Under the pieces are notes generated by a model, which made no database searches, had not been told where the DNA came from, and saw nothing but the letters and a program-made list of their open reading frames with translations. From Patescibacteria group bacterium (GTDB lineage: Bacteria; Patescibacteriota; Minisyncoccia; Phycocordibacterales; UBA1550): 64,000 bases of DNA. Position numbers and translations under genes: made by a program. Location: positions 122,059 to 186,058 of the forward strand of contig JBBTWP010000001.1 in assembly GCA_038062675.1 (NCBI GenBank), in the 5' to 3' direction. Below are positions 35,746-46,755 of the stretch, piece by piece (the first letter of the stretch is position 1; each line of letters begins with the position of its first letter).

Positions 35746-36984
35746 ATGAAAGAAAAGTTATATTCCCTCTTCCAAGACAGCCTCTTCCGCAACTCTTTTT
35801 ACCTTATGCTCGCTACTGGCGTCATGGCAGGTTTTGGTTTTTTCTTTTGGCTCATCAGTGCCCGTCTGTTTTCCACCGAGGATATTGGTCTTGCCACTAC
35901 CCTTATTTCTGTGATGAATATAATTGCCTTGCTAAGCCTCATTGGTTTTGACTCTGCATTCGTGCGATTTCTTCCCAACTCTGACAAAAGGAACGACCAT
36001 CTTAACACCGGACTCATCCTCGTAGGGGCAACGGCACTTGTTTTAGCATTCCTCTTTATAGTATTTGTTCCTGAAATTTCCCCTCGTATTAGTTTTATAG
36101 GAGAGAATCTACCTATTGCATTAGCATTCATTTTTTTCTGTGTCATGTCGGCCTTAAATATTCTTACTGATTCAGTATTTCTTGCCGACCGACAAACAAA
36201 ATTTACCCTCATCATCAATACTGCCTTTAGTGTCCTTAAAATGGTGCTCCCTTTTGCATTCATTGGTTGGGGAGCTTTGGGTGTTTTTACGGCCGCAGCA
36301 ATAGCACAAACTGTAGGTTTCGTACTAAGTATTGTAGTAATGATGCGCAAGTTTGACTACCGCCCTCAATTTATCATTAGTAACAATATTCTTAAACTCG
36401 TACGACAATATTGTTTGGGCAATTATATTGCTGTAATTTTAAACCTATTGCCCATTGCTCTGTTGCCCATCATCATAACCAATAATCTTGGTCCAGAGCA
36501 GGCAGCCTATTATTATATTGTGATGATGATTGCAAACCTGTTGTACGTTATCCCCCAAGCTACCACCAAGTCGCTCTTTGCGGAGGGTTCCAACAATGAA
36601 GGAACGCTCCGCACGAATGTGGGGAAATCAGTACGAAATATTAGCATCCTTTTGATTCCAGCTATCGCCGTACTTATCTTAGGTGGTAAATACATTTTGG
36701 GAATTTTTGGAGAAGATTATTCAACAGGAGGTCTTACGCTCCTCTATTTTATTGCCATTGCGGCTATTCCAGTAAGTGGTTACTCTATTTTTTATGCTTT
36801 GCTCAGAATTAAGAAGGGGCTCAATGGACTTATCATAACTAATATTTTTTATGCGGGGTCGATTATTGGGCTAAGTTACGCACTGCTTCCCATGGGACTA
36901 GTCGGGATTGGCATCGCATGGCTTTTTGGGAACGTAGTCGCAAGTGTGGTAAGCTGCTTAATGACCACACAAGGAAAGCGTTAA
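35746..36984 (+). CDS. oligosaccharide flippase (Wzx/MOP family)
   Basis: About 12 TM helices in the polysaccharide-biosynthesis-protein pattern. Start set at MKEKLY. Confidence 0.7.
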   Translation: MKEKLYSLFQDSLFRNSFYLMLATGVMAGFGFFFWLISARLFSTEDIGLATTLISVMNIIALLSLIGFDSAFVRFLPNSDKRNDHLNTGLILVGATALVLAFLFIVFVPEISPRISFIGENLPIALAFIFFCVMSALNILTDSVFLADRQTKFTLIINTAFSVLKMVLPFAFIGWGALGVFTAAAIAQTVGFVLSIVVMMRKFDYRPQFIISNNILKLVRQYCLGNYIAVILNLLPIALLPIIITNNLGPEQAAYYYIVMMIANLLYVIPQATTKSLFAEGSNNEGTLRTNVGKSVRNISILLIPAIAVLILGGKYILGIFGEDYSTGGLTLLYFIAIAAIPVSGYSIFYALLRIKKGLNGLIITNIFYAGSIIGLSYALLPMGLVGIGIAWLFGNVVASVVSCLMTTQGKR

Positions 36985-36994
36985 TTTAACATTC

Positions 36995-37873
36995 ATGATT
37001 AAAATTCTCAAAAAAATTACTCCTCAATTTGTTTTTACTTTTGTTGGAAGATATCATGTTATTAAAAACACAGAATCGTTTCTCCAACAACCCCTGTATA
37101 GCATCTTGAAATTAGTGCGGTGGACAATTTTTGAATTATTGGGTCTGGATATATCATTTACCACTCCTGACGGAACTCGTTTTACTTCAATGACGCGCAA
37201 CTACAGTTCCTTTATTGTCTATTTTACAGACTATCGAGACCCATCAATTCAATTATTTTTAAACAAACACCTCACCAAAGACTCAATATTTGTAGATGCA
37301 GGGGCAAATATTGGTACGTACACAATACGCGCAGGACAACAGGTTGGCTCACAAGGGAAAGTAATCGCTGTGGAAGCCCATCCATCTATTTATAAGTACT
37401 TACTAAAAAATATTGAGTTGAATAATTTAAACAACATAACTCCCGTTAACGTTGCTCTTGGATCCGAACGCGGTACTACAGAAATATCTTACAATGACTC
37501 AAATCCTGGCGAAACTCACGTAGCAATTAATGGGGAGAAAAGCATTGTTGTACCAATACAGACACTCGACGAAGTCCTGGAAAAACTTGGAGTCGATCAT
37601 GTGGATTACCTCAAAATTGATGTTGAAGGTTTTGAACTTCCATTGCTCTTAGGTTCACAGGAAACGATTAAAAATAATCCTGAGATTGTTATTCAAACGG
37701 AGCTTGTCGAAAAACACTCAAAAAGATACGGACGTTCTGTAACACAAATTACCGATTTACTTTCTAGTTTTGGACTAATCCCTCATGAGCTCGACTTTGA
37801 GGGAAATCCAGCAAAAATAGAAAAATTTGATTTGGCAAGAAAAGAATACGATGTTCTTTGGTGGAGAGAGTAA
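36995..37873 (+). CDS. FkbM-family methyltransferase
   Basis: VDAGANIGTYT SAM-binding motif. Confidence 0.65.
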   Translation: MIKILKKITPQFVFTFVGRYHVIKNTESFLQQPLYSILKLVRWTIFELLGLDISFTTPDGTRFTSMTRNYSSFIVYFTDYRDPSIQLFLNKHLTKDSIFVDAGANIGTYTIRAGQQVGSQGKVIAVEAHPSIYKYLLKNIELNNLNNITPVNVALGSERGTTEISYNDSNPGETHVAINGEKSIVVPIQTLDEVLEKLGVDHVDYLKIDVEGFELPLLLGSQETIKNNPEIVIQTELVEKHSKRYGRSVTQITDLLSSFGLIPHELDFEGNPAKIEKFDLARKEYDVLWWRE

Positions 37874-37882
37874 CTAAAAATT

Positions 37883-39067
37883 TTATTGCTTATTCTTTTC
37901 AGCTACATCATTATATAATTTGACTATTATCTGTGCATGTTGTTCAATGTCAAAATCAAGCGCCCTGCTACGAGCATTCAGAGACATTTCTTGGAGCATT
38001 CCTGGAGTGGATAAAATCCTTATGACCTTATCCGCAATCGCAGAAGAATTTTCTGGAGGAACTAAATAGCCGGTTTCACCATCAACTAACCACTCACTCA
38101 TCCCACCAGCATCGCTTGCTATTACGGGACGACCAAGGCTCATCGCCTCAATCCCGACCTTGCCAAAAGGCTCAGGCCAAACTGAAGGGACAATTAAGAT
38201 TTTTAAACGTCGATAAAGATCATGGAGCTGTCCTCGATTTAAGTGTCCAAGAAAATTGACATGACTTTCAATACCTAGCTCCTTTGTGAGTAATTTCAAT
38301 TGATTTTCATAAGGGCCAGTGCCAGCAATATCTAATCTTATATCAGAATATCTTTTAATTATGTTCGGCATGGACTCAATCAAATACTGTACTCCTTTGA
38401 ATTTTTCTATTCGACCAACGTATGCAATAAGATTACTTTGTAAGTCAATTGGTTCGTACTCGAATAATTTTGTTGCGTTGGGCACACAAACACTTTCAAT
38501 GTGGTCGACCTTCATCAAATTTTTCATGTACTGGCTAAAAACAATAAAAAGATCTACATTTCTAAAACCAAAGCGATAAATAGCACCATTAATATAGCGA
38601 TGATATACATAATGTAGCCACCCTGAGAAGTTCAGTCCACTAAGTTTATATTGATCATCCTTGAAACAAGTTTTAGGAAAACTCCACAACAATAAACTTG
38701 GAGTGAAATCCTCTGCTCCATGAATCGTCATAACTGTGGGGTATTTTTTTAACAAAAAAAGAACTGATGGCGAAACTTGACTCATTGTATGTAGTTGCAC
38801 AATGTCAGGTTGGTATTCTTTGAGAACTTTTCGAAGTGCGAAATATGAATTCGGATAGAATGATCGATAGAATAATTTAAGAACATGGGGCTGGTAATCA
38901 AGTGCCTTAAATTCAAAATCGCTGAAGTGGGGTAAATCGGAGCGAAGATTGCTCGTTAAGATTTTCACGGTGTGTCCCATGCGTCTCAATACTTTATCAA
39001 CAAGGATAATCCCATTGTCTGAGCCACCCCCTTCAAAACCAATACTTGTAATTCTTAAAATTTTCAT
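37883..39067 (-). CDS. GT4 glycosyltransferase
   Basis: EPFGKVGIEAMSLGRPVIASDAGG retaining GT-B motif. Confidence 0.8.
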   Translation of the reverse strand: MKILRITSIGFEGGGSDNGIILVDKVLRRMGHTVKILTSNLRSDLPHFSDFEFKALDYQPHVLKLFYRSFYPNSYFALRKVLKEYQPDIVQLHTMSQVSPSVLFLLKKYPTVMTIHGAEDFTPSLLLWSFPKTCFKDDQYKLSGLNFSGWLHYVYHRYINGAIYRFGFRNVDLFIVFSQYMKNLMKVDHIESVCVPNATKLFEYEPIDLQSNLIAYVGRIEKFKGVQYLIESMPNIIKRYSDIRLDIAGTGPYENQLKLLTKELGIESHVNFLGHLNRGQLHDLYRRLKILIVPSVWPEPFGKVGIEAMSLGRPVIASDAGGMSEWLVDGETGYLVPPENSSAIADKVIRILSTPGMLQEMSLNARSRALDFDIEQHAQIIVKLYNDVAEKNKQ

Positions 39068-39070
39068 AAT

Positions 39071-41491
39071 TTATTTGTATATTTTTGCTCCCCCGTTATT
39101 GTAAATAAGATTTTTATTATCGTCCAGAAATTGCATAGGATACATATAAGTTATTTGGTCTCCACCGTAGACTACTGTAGCCCTTTGTTTTCTGGTTGTT
39201 GCCTCACCCAAAAATACATATGCATCTTTTCGTACTACCGCGGGAAAAATTTCATTTGTTACATCTAAAGGGGTTAAAGATGTAATCTTTCTCTGAGAAT
39301 ACCTATCCGTTTGAATTTTAATCTTAACCCCATGAGTATCACTGTGAGGGATAGCGTCAAGCCATGTAACCCCCAACACCTCAGGAGCTTTAATGAGATA
39401 GTTGTCATAATATCTTCCCGTATTGTTCAAATGAAGCATTCCTGAAGTTTTACCGAAGATTTGGGGCAAAAATGACGTAGAATACATAAAAAACAATAAT
39501 GTTAAAATTACGGGGAATACGATATTTTCGTCGTTTTTTTGTGTTAGTATTGAGGTTACCTGTTTTTTAGATTTAAAACGAGATAATAATTTTTTAATCC
39601 AACTACCGATCCACAAGCTCGCAATCAGTATGGGAAGCGCTAATACAAACATAGATTGCTGCATGGCTCTATATATTCCGTATTCGGTAGAAAGAACAGG
39701 GATTACTAGGATCAAGAATATAAAGGTGAGAGCAGACACCGCTATTATATAAAATTCGCTATCAAGATATCTTACGGCAGACCTTCGCAACAAGAAATAC
39801 AAGAGCCCTAACGGTACCAAGACTTCCATGAGCTTTACAAGTATTCGTCCAAAAGCAGAGATTTTTGAAGTAATATTAAATCCTGATTTTTCTACAAAGT
39901 TGCCAAAATTGGTTAAAGGTATTCGCTCATCAGGTAAGGCAAGAAAGTTATATTTCGCATATGTCGATGCATCAAAATACACCCCCGGTGTCGCGGTATT
40001 TCTAATTGGGTTAAGAACTTTTTCAATGTAATCTTGCAGTTGTTCTTGCTGGCTTGGTTTTTTTAAACTGAATAAGTTTAAGGCATCAGTAGATCGATTG
40101 TTTTCATTAAACCCGTTTCCAATCGCAGATAGTGTCTTTTTTAAAACGGTGGTTATGCTTCCCCCTGTGTTGGTAACAACTGACGTCCACAGGAAACTCA
40201 CTAGCATCAGAATGACAATCATGGAAACCGTGATATTCGCTTTTTTCTCAGTCCCGCTGGTTGTAAGTGGAATATGCAGTGATGAATCCTTGAGTATGTT
40301 TGTTTTCTGATTAAAAAATTTAAACAACCAAATAAATATCGGTCTCAATACTATTGTCAATGCAAAAATTAAAAGTATAGTATACGTTGTTGAATAGTGG
40401 GAAAGTATCACTCCAATTCCCATTACAACAAACAATATTCTACGAACTTTAATATCCAGCTTTAATTCAAAGATGAGGTAAATCATCAACCCATAAAAAA
40501 GAAAGGCGATCTCCTGTCGAACAAGAAATGCCATATCCGCAAAAAAAGTTGGAAAGGACAAAAAATAAAATCCGGCAAGAAATGATATACGACGATCTGC
40601 CCAATGTCGGCTAATTAAATACGTAATTCCTGCGCAAAGTGCAAAGAATAACTGAAACAAAAATTTATAGATATACGGATCCGATACCTTTAGCAAATTG
40701 AAAAAAATGGTGGGAAGTATGGTAATGCTTAAGCATGCATTGTATGCATCACGATAAAAGTCCATATTCCAGAGACCAGCATTTTTTGTAAGTTCAAAAA
40801 CTTTATATTCTTGTTGTATGTCGTGCCCGGTAATATACCATCCGCGCAAACTTGTCATCAAGAGGAGTGATAAACTAATGAAAAAAAGTGCCGTTGGTAC
40901 CGTGTTTTCACCAATTTTTTTAGCATAAATATACAAGACTAGCGCAAAGACAGCTATTTCGCCCAACATCGCCAGTGTCCACAACCCAGTACCTCCATTA
41001 TTGAGACTTAGCGCCCCAATGATGCTTTGCACAACAAACAACATAGAGATTAGAGACAACCATGTATCCAACTTGGATGGAAAAAGCAAATAAAATATTT
41101 TACCGATGCTTACTTCCCAGTCAGGCAATTTTTTCCAAGCGACAAAAGATAGCGCAAATACTAAAATACTCATCTCCACAATAAGTACATTTTGAGCAAG
41201 TGGTTGAATAATGCCAAGCTTGGGAAGGAAGAAGTTTCCAATTAACACCATAACCATCAACTCTAAAAGACTAAAAGCCACACTTATCGATACATTCGCC
41301 CAAAAAGGAAGTTGTTTCAGCCTCAAAATGAGCAATGTGAGTACCCCAGGAACAAATGTTAAAAAAAGAAAGCCGACAATATTAAGTACCTGAAAATTGT
41401 TGAAATGCGCAAGAGAGAGCGCAATAAAAACCAGCCACCATAGAGCGACCCCTCCGATTAGAAAATTACGCTTTATTGTTAGTTCTTTCAT
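39071..41491 (-). CDS. large polytopic membrane protein (putative polymerase/GT-C-like)
   Basis: 806 aa with more than 14 predicted TM helices and a C-terminal soluble domain, inside the glycosyltransferase operon. Confidence 0.55.
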   Translation of the reverse strand: MKELTIKRNFLIGGVALWWLVFIALSLAHFNNFQVLNIVGFLFLTFVPGVLTLLILRLKQLPFWANVSISVAFSLLELMVMVLIGNFFLPKLGIIQPLAQNVLIVEMSILVFALSFVAWKKLPDWEVSIGKIFYLLFPSKLDTWLSLISMLFVVQSIIGALSLNNGGTGLWTLAMLGEIAVFALVLYIYAKKIGENTVPTALFFISLSLLLMTSLRGWYITGHDIQQEYKVFELTKNAGLWNMDFYRDAYNACLSITILPTIFFNLLKVSDPYIYKFLFQLFFALCAGITYLISRHWADRRISFLAGFYFLSFPTFFADMAFLVRQEIAFLFYGLMIYLIFELKLDIKVRRILFVVMGIGVILSHYSTTYTILLIFALTIVLRPIFIWLFKFFNQKTNILKDSSLHIPLTTSGTEKKANITVSMIVILMLVSFLWTSVVTNTGGSITTVLKKTLSAIGNGFNENNRSTDALNLFSLKKPSQQEQLQDYIEKVLNPIRNTATPGVYFDASTYAKYNFLALPDERIPLTNFGNFVEKSGFNITSKISAFGRILVKLMEVLVPLGLLYFLLRRSAVRYLDSEFYIIAVSALTFIFLILVIPVLSTEYGIYRAMQQSMFVLALPILIASLWIGSWIKKLLSRFKSKKQVTSILTQKNDENIVFPVILTLLFFMYSTSFLPQIFGKTSGMLHLNNTGRYYDNYLIKAPEVLGVTWLDAIPHSDTHGVKIKIQTDRYSQRKITSLTPLDVTNEIFPAVVRKDAYVFLGEATTRKQRATVVYGGDQITYMYPMQFLDDNKNLIYNNGGAKIYK

Positions 41492-42606
41492 AAAGATATG
41501 CTCCCATAAACTTCTTCAAGCTGGTCGATGAATCGCGACCACTTATATTGCTTGGCTTTTTCAGAACTTTTCTTCGATAGCGCAATCAATTTTTCTGGCG
41601 CACGCCAGAGTTGCTCAATCGTTCGAGCAAAATTTTCTGCGTATGGTTCGTTTACGAGCACCCCCGTGTCATTCAAAAGCTCCCTGACACCAGAAACATT
41701 TGTTCCCAAAATTGGCAATCCTCCCGCCATGGCTTCCAGTACGACAAGTGGAGTGCCGCCCTCTTTGTCGGAAGCTATGAGAAACGCATCGTGACTGCGA
41801 TGGTACTCCTGCATTTCTTTGTCATTTTTTCTTCCCTCAAATGAAACATTGGAAAGTTTTAGTTTTTTTACCAATGCTTCCAATTTTGAACGATCTTCAC
41901 CGTCGCCAACAATCGTCAAATGAGCTGGAATAGAAAGTTTTGATACTGCTTCTATGAGTCGCTCAACTCGCTTTTGTAGTGCAAGTCGCCCAACATACAG
42001 GAGACGGATTTGTTTTGTTGATGGAGCATAAACTTTGTTGGTGAAAAAATCTTCACTAACAGCATTTGCAATAACAACAATATTTTCTTTTTTAACTCCA
42101 AATTTGCGTTCCACTACCATTGCTTGATCCTGCGAACAAGCAATGACCCGACGTGCATTTCGAAGTACTGGTCCCCATACTATTTTTTTATATAATACAA
42201 ATATGGGTCCAAAAAAACCTGATGGTTCTACGTCAAGATGAAAATGTGCGATATAGGGAATGCGTCGCAACTTTGAGGCAAGTAAAACAAGTTCTGGCCA
42301 ATATGCATGCGCGAGGTGCAAATGAATAATGGAATTACGTGGCAACATAAGCAAATGCCATAATAGTGTTGGCGCGAAAGGAGTATGAGCAAACTCAAAA
42401 CTCCATAGAGCACTGACACAAAGATTATCTTTTGTCTCAGTCCCCCTCTGTATGCCACTGATGGCAGAAGTAAGCACGTGCACAAAATTCCCTTTTTTTG
42501 CCAACTCTTCTGCAGATATTTTTGCAACACGCTCCAATCCGCCAGTATGTGGGGGGTAATAGGCGGCAATGTGGGTTATCTGTGTTATTTTTTGTGTAGT
42601 TTTCAT
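41488..42606 (-). CDS. GT4 glycosyltransferase
   Basis: GGTPLVVLEAMAGGLPILGTNVSG. Confidence 0.8.
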   Translation of the reverse strand: MKTTQKITQITHIAAYYPPHTGGLERVAKISAEELAKKGNFVHVLTSAISGIQRGTETKDNLCVSALWSFEFAHTPFAPTLLWHLLMLPRNSIIHLHLAHAYWPELVLLASKLRRIPYIAHFHLDVEPSGFFGPIFVLYKKIVWGPVLRNARRVIACSQDQAMVVERKFGVKKENIVVIANAVSEDFFTNKVYAPSTKQIRLLYVGRLALQKRVERLIEAVSKLSIPAHLTIVGDGEDRSKLEALVKKLKLSNVSFEGRKNDKEMQEYHRSHDAFLIASDKEGGTPLVVLEAMAGGLPILGTNVSGVRELLNDTGVLVNEPYAENFARTIEQLWRAPEKLIALSKKSSEKAKQYKWSRFIDQLEEVYGSISL

Positions 42607-44894
42607 GGTAATAGTTCATTAAAAATTTTCGATATTTTTTTTGCTATCATACCCCAACCATATCTTTCCTCAATCAATTTGCGCCCACGAGCTCCCATTC
42701 TTCTCTGATCGTCTACATTTTCTAAAATTGCAATAATTACATCGGCTAGCTCCTTCGAGTTTGCCTTCGCTACCACCATACCTGTTTTATGTTGACTAAT
42801 CTCTGGAGCAACTCCAGCAACGTCCGTAGTGACGACAGGTATCCCACTTGCCATTGCTTCAAGTAAAACAATGCCAAATCCTTCAATTTCGATAGATGGA
42901 AGAACAAAGACGTTGGACCGTTGGTAGTATTGTATCAATTCTTCTTGCGTTTTTTTTCCGTGAAATTCAATCACATCTTCTACTCCCATTTTTTTAGATT
43001 CTTCTCGGTATTCATCAACAAGAGCGCCTTCTCCAACAACAATCAATTTTACATTTGGAATTTTTTCTTTTATTTTTGGTATTGCGTGAATTAGGTAATT
43101 AAAACCTTTAAAACGATGGTGTTCATCCAAGATAGAGACAAAAAGAATTGTAGGGTGCTTACTCTTGTTGGTTGATGGTTGAAACATTTCTGTATCAACG
43201 CCATTTGGTAGTGTGGTAATTTTTGACGAAAAACGTTCAAATATATTCCTTGTCTTTTTGAAAGCTGTTTTCCAGTGAGGATTAACTATAATAATTTTAT
43301 CTACAAAATACAAAGTGACCTGAAAGAAGGTATGAAGATAAATCCAAGTGATTATTTTACCAAATAAATCAGGTTTATCCATGTCATTGTGCACCGTCAA
43401 GATTGACCGTTTTCCTTTCAATTTTGCAACAAGAACAGTAATGTCAGATGTCCAAGGAGTTGGCATGTGCGTGTGAGCAATATCAAAATTAGTACGCCAC
43501 AGCACCCAAGGAAGACCTAGGGCGATATTCGTGTTTGCCACTTTAAAACTATAATTGAGCCGTTTTATTTTTGCTCCATTTACGATGCTTTCTTTCTCAA
43601 CAATAGGTTCATTTGCGCAAATGACTGTTACTTCGTGCCCAAGTTTTATAAGTTCTTTAGACAAATAGTACACGTGATTTTCTACTCCGCCGATGTATGG
43701 ATAAAAACGTATAGGAGTTTCCAATATCTTAATTTTATGTGATGTATGCCTATCTATCATTGACAAGAAAAACTCATGACAAACTTTCGCACGAATTCCC
43801 CAACTAAAATCTTTAGTAACTTTAATCACTCCTGCATTGCCAAAACTATGTGCGAGAGCGGGATTTGCTAATAATTCAGAAAGTTTTTGAGCGAGAGCTC
43901 TCCCATCGCAGGGTTCTACCAAAAACCCTGTTTCATTATCAGAAACAAGGTCGGGAACACTACCTACTTTAGTTGAAACAACTGGCAAACCTGACGCCAT
44001 AGCTTCCAAGATTGCCATACTAAAACTATCGTTTGATGTGGGGAGCGCAAAAATATGCGCTTGTTGATATTGTTCCGCAAGTTTTCCACCAAGCAGACGA
44101 CCGGTAAACATCACTACCTTCCCCAACCCAAGCTTTTGCACTCGCTCCTCATATTCACTTTTCATATTTCCGTCACCAACAACAGTAAGGCGTAAATCGG
44201 GAATATTTTTCTGTAGCTTAGCTACCACTTCAATAAGAGTTTGCAGACCTTTGTGCTGTTCCGCCTTGGCAAGTCCCGCAACAAACAAAATACTCGGGTA
44301 CTTTGTTTTTTTCTCGGAGACTGGCTTGAAAAGGTTGGTATCAACTGCAGGAGTAATAGTTACGCTTTTGTGTGCATATTTTTGTAAAAAAATAAGACGT
44401 ACAAAATCGGATGAACAAATAATCTGATCTGCGCGTTTCAAAAGCCATCGCATCGGTCCATGTTCATAAATCCATACCAAAATATCAAATAGAGTTTCCC
44501 CTTTGTGCATACTTCCTGTGTGATACGTGACAACAATAGGGGTCTTTTTTGCGAACATTGCCACAAGGTCGCCAATACCAGGCACTGGTGTGTGTATGTT
44601 TATAATATCAGGATTTTCCGTTTTCAAAATATGACGAATCTTTTTTGTCCACTTGAAACTAAATGGTGTGTTTGAGACTTTTAGTCCGTAAGAAAGTCGG
44701 TACATGGTCAGTCCTTCCACCTCCTCTTTAGCATCTGCGCCATGTCGTTCTCCAGAAGTAACCACTACCACATTCCATTGGTATTCGCGAGAAAGCCGAT
44801 GAGAGATCTCATACGCATAGCGTTCCAGCCCGCCACCATAAGGCGGGAAATATGGAGCAACAACAAGCACTGTTTTCTTTAGTGAGTTACTCAT
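42603..44894 (-). CDS. fused double GT4 glycosyltransferase
   Basis: Two complete GT4 units (FSMAILEAMASGLPVVSTKVG and EGFGIVLLEAMASGIPVVTTDVAG), 763 aa. Confidence 0.8.
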   Translation of the reverse strand: MSNSLKKTVLVVAPYFPPYGGGLERYAYEISHRLSREYQWNVVVVTSGERHGADAKEEVEGLTMYRLSYGLKVSNTPFSFKWTKKIRHILKTENPDIINIHTPVPGIGDLVAMFAKKTPIVVTYHTGSMHKGETLFDILVWIYEHGPMRWLLKRADQIICSSDFVRLIFLQKYAHKSVTITPAVDTNLFKPVSEKKTKYPSILFVAGLAKAEQHKGLQTLIEVVAKLQKNIPDLRLTVVGDGNMKSEYEERVQKLGLGKVVMFTGRLLGGKLAEQYQQAHIFALPTSNDSFSMAILEAMASGLPVVSTKVGSVPDLVSDNETGFLVEPCDGRALAQKLSELLANPALAHSFGNAGVIKVTKDFSWGIRAKVCHEFFLSMIDRHTSHKIKILETPIRFYPYIGGVENHVYYLSKELIKLGHEVTVICANEPIVEKESIVNGAKIKRLNYSFKVANTNIALGLPWVLWRTNFDIAHTHMPTPWTSDITVLVAKLKGKRSILTVHNDMDKPDLFGKIITWIYLHTFFQVTLYFVDKIIIVNPHWKTAFKKTRNIFERFSSKITTLPNGVDTEMFQPSTNKSKHPTILFVSILDEHHRFKGFNYLIHAIPKIKEKIPNVKLIVVGEGALVDEYREESKKMGVEDVIEFHGKKTQEELIQYYQRSNVFVLPSIEIEGFGIVLLEAMASGIPVVTTDVAGVAPEISQHKTGMVVAKANSKELADVIIAILENVDDQRRMGARGRKLIEERYGWGMIAKKISKIFNELLP

Positions 44895-45595
44895 ACAAGT
44901 TTTCCATTAGTGAGATATTCTACACCGGCTTTATTGGCAATATGTTGAAACACACGTTCTAAGCGATTCCAATCTTTTAGTTTTTCAATTTCCCAACTAT
45001 GTCCCCAAATATGAAAAACTCCTCCGTTTTCAGAGACACGCTCAAACATAGCAATGGCAAGATTATCCCAATGGCGATAGTATTGGAAAAATTTAAATGG
45101 ATTGAATCGCACAAAGAGTGCAATCTGCCATGCATCCAGCCAGTGGTCGTAAGTGTGTATGCTGGTCGGCATTTCGTAGAGGTCTTTTATAAAACCAAAA
45201 GAGAATCTGCGCACAGTGCGCGCGAGGACAAACCCTGCTTCCCGTACCACTTGCTTCTGCTTCAAAAGGTATTTTCCGCTCGGGTAACAGAAACTTTTCA
45301 CAGAACCACCCGTCCACTTTTCAAGAAGCTTTTTTGAATCAGAAATTTCGCGCTCAATTTGTTCATCAGTTAACAAGCGCATATCGGGATGCGTCATGGT
45401 GTGTGCGCCTATCTCAAAATCTTTTGACAAGGCCAGGACTTGCACTTGAGAAAGTCTATCTTGAGGGAGAATTTCGTGGCATTCAGGAGCAATATAAAAA
45501 GTGCCCTTGAGATTGTACTTTTTAAGAAGTTGCGCAAGTTTTAGGTCGAGCACGTGTCCATCATCCCAACTGGTTGTTACGATTACTTTTTTCAT
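44891..45595 (-). CDS. polysaccharide deacetylase (NodB-like)
   Basis: TSWDDG...GTFYI and HTMTHP motifs. Confidence 0.6.
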   Translation of the reverse strand: MKKVIVTTSWDDGHVLDLKLAQLLKKYNLKGTFYIAPECHEILPQDRLSQVQVLALSKDFEIGAHTMTHPDMRLLTDEQIEREISDSKKLLEKWTGGSVKSFCYPSGKYLLKQKQVVREAGFVLARTVRRFSFGFIKDLYEMPTSIHTYDHWLDAWQIALFVRFNPFKFFQYYRHWDNLAIAMFERVSENGGVFHIWGHSWEIEKLKDWNRLERVFQHIANKAGVEYLTNGKLV

Positions 45596-45599
45596 AATA

Positions 45600-46730
45600 T
45601 TATTCTAACGCACGTTTATAATTCTGCGCCACGCTTGCCCAATCATACTCCCCAATCCCCTGTTTTGGGTTTAAGGTGTCTATGGTTTTGAATATTTGCA
45701 GGATTTTTTCAGCGACACTTTCTGAGTTTAGTTCTGCAAGCAAACCATTTACTCCCTCGTGTATTAGGTCTTTTGCAGCGTTTCGTTCATGATTGATAGT
45801 CAAGACGGGAAGCCCGCACGCGTTTGCCTCAATCACGATAATACCAAATCCTTCCCGAGTTGAAGGCAATACTAAAATTTTTGAGGATTTCATAAGTCCA
45901 TAGAGTTCGCTTGGATCTTGCAAAAAGCCAAAAAATGAAACATTATTTTCAAGCTCTAGTTCATGGGTAAGTTTCTGAAGTTTTTCTTTTTCTGGTCCCT
46001 CCCCTACCACAAAAAGCGACAAGTTTATATTTTTTTGCACCAGAATCCCTACTGCACGAATCAAAACATCTACATTTTTATTTTGTAACAATCTTCCTGC
46101 AAATATTATATCAGATGCACGAGATGAGGGCGCGCTGTTTTGTATTGCATCAATATCCACCCCATTTGGTACAGTAACAACATTTTTACTTCTTCCAAGA
46201 GTCTCGCGAAGTCCAATCGTGGTGTGGTTTGAAACTGAAATGATAACATCAGGGAGCGTTACTGTTATTTTTTCAACCCAATAACCAACTAGTCCTAATT
46301 TTCCCAAATATTCTCTCCAATACTCTTTTCCCCATACTTCATGCCATGTAGTATACAGGGGTTTTCGTTTTACCCAAGTTACCAAACGGCATGAAAAAAG
46401 TGAGAAATAAGGAAAACCACAACAATCAATGATGTCGAACTTTTCAGACCATAATTTAAGGCAGTTAACACCAAACCATACCGCTTGAAGCATAGAACGG
46501 CGCCCTGAGTCTGTATAAAGTGGCATCGCCTTGCATATGCCATGCAACGTCATCCCCTCAAATTTCATGATTGTGGGACCGTCCCAACACTTCATCCCAT
46601 ACAGGTGTACATCATGTCCTTCTTTTGCAAGCCGTCGACCAATTTCATAAAATCGCTTTTCTGCGCCCCCCTTAATAAAGGGAAAGACCGCATCATAAAC
46701 TAAAGCAATTTTTTTAGATTGGACTGACAT
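45600..46730 (-). CDS. GT4 glycosyltransferase
   Basis: EGFGIIVIEANACGLPVLTINHERNAA. Confidence 0.8.
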   Translation of the reverse strand: MSVQSKKIALVYDAVFPFIKGGAEKRFYEIGRRLAKEGHDVHLYGMKCWDGPTIMKFEGMTLHGICKAMPLYTDSGRRSMLQAVWFGVNCLKLWSEKFDIIDCCGFPYFSLFSCRLVTWVKRKPLYTTWHEVWGKEYWREYLGKLGLVGYWVEKITVTLPDVIISVSNHTTIGLRETLGRSKNVVTVPNGVDIDAIQNSAPSSRASDIIFAGRLLQNKNVDVLIRAVGILVQKNINLSLFVVGEGPEKEKLQKLTHELELENNVSFFGFLQDPSELYGLMKSSKILVLPSTREGFGIIVIEANACGLPVLTINHERNAAKDLIHEGVNGLLAELNSESVAEKILQIFKTIDTLNPKQGIGEYDWASVAQNYKRALE

Positions 46731-46755
46731 GATTCATGAGGGCAAACCGACAGAG

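Noticed and set aside
35799-36350. 183-aa minus-strand ORF
   Set aside because: It is antisense to the flippase gene, whose 12-TM pattern is clear.
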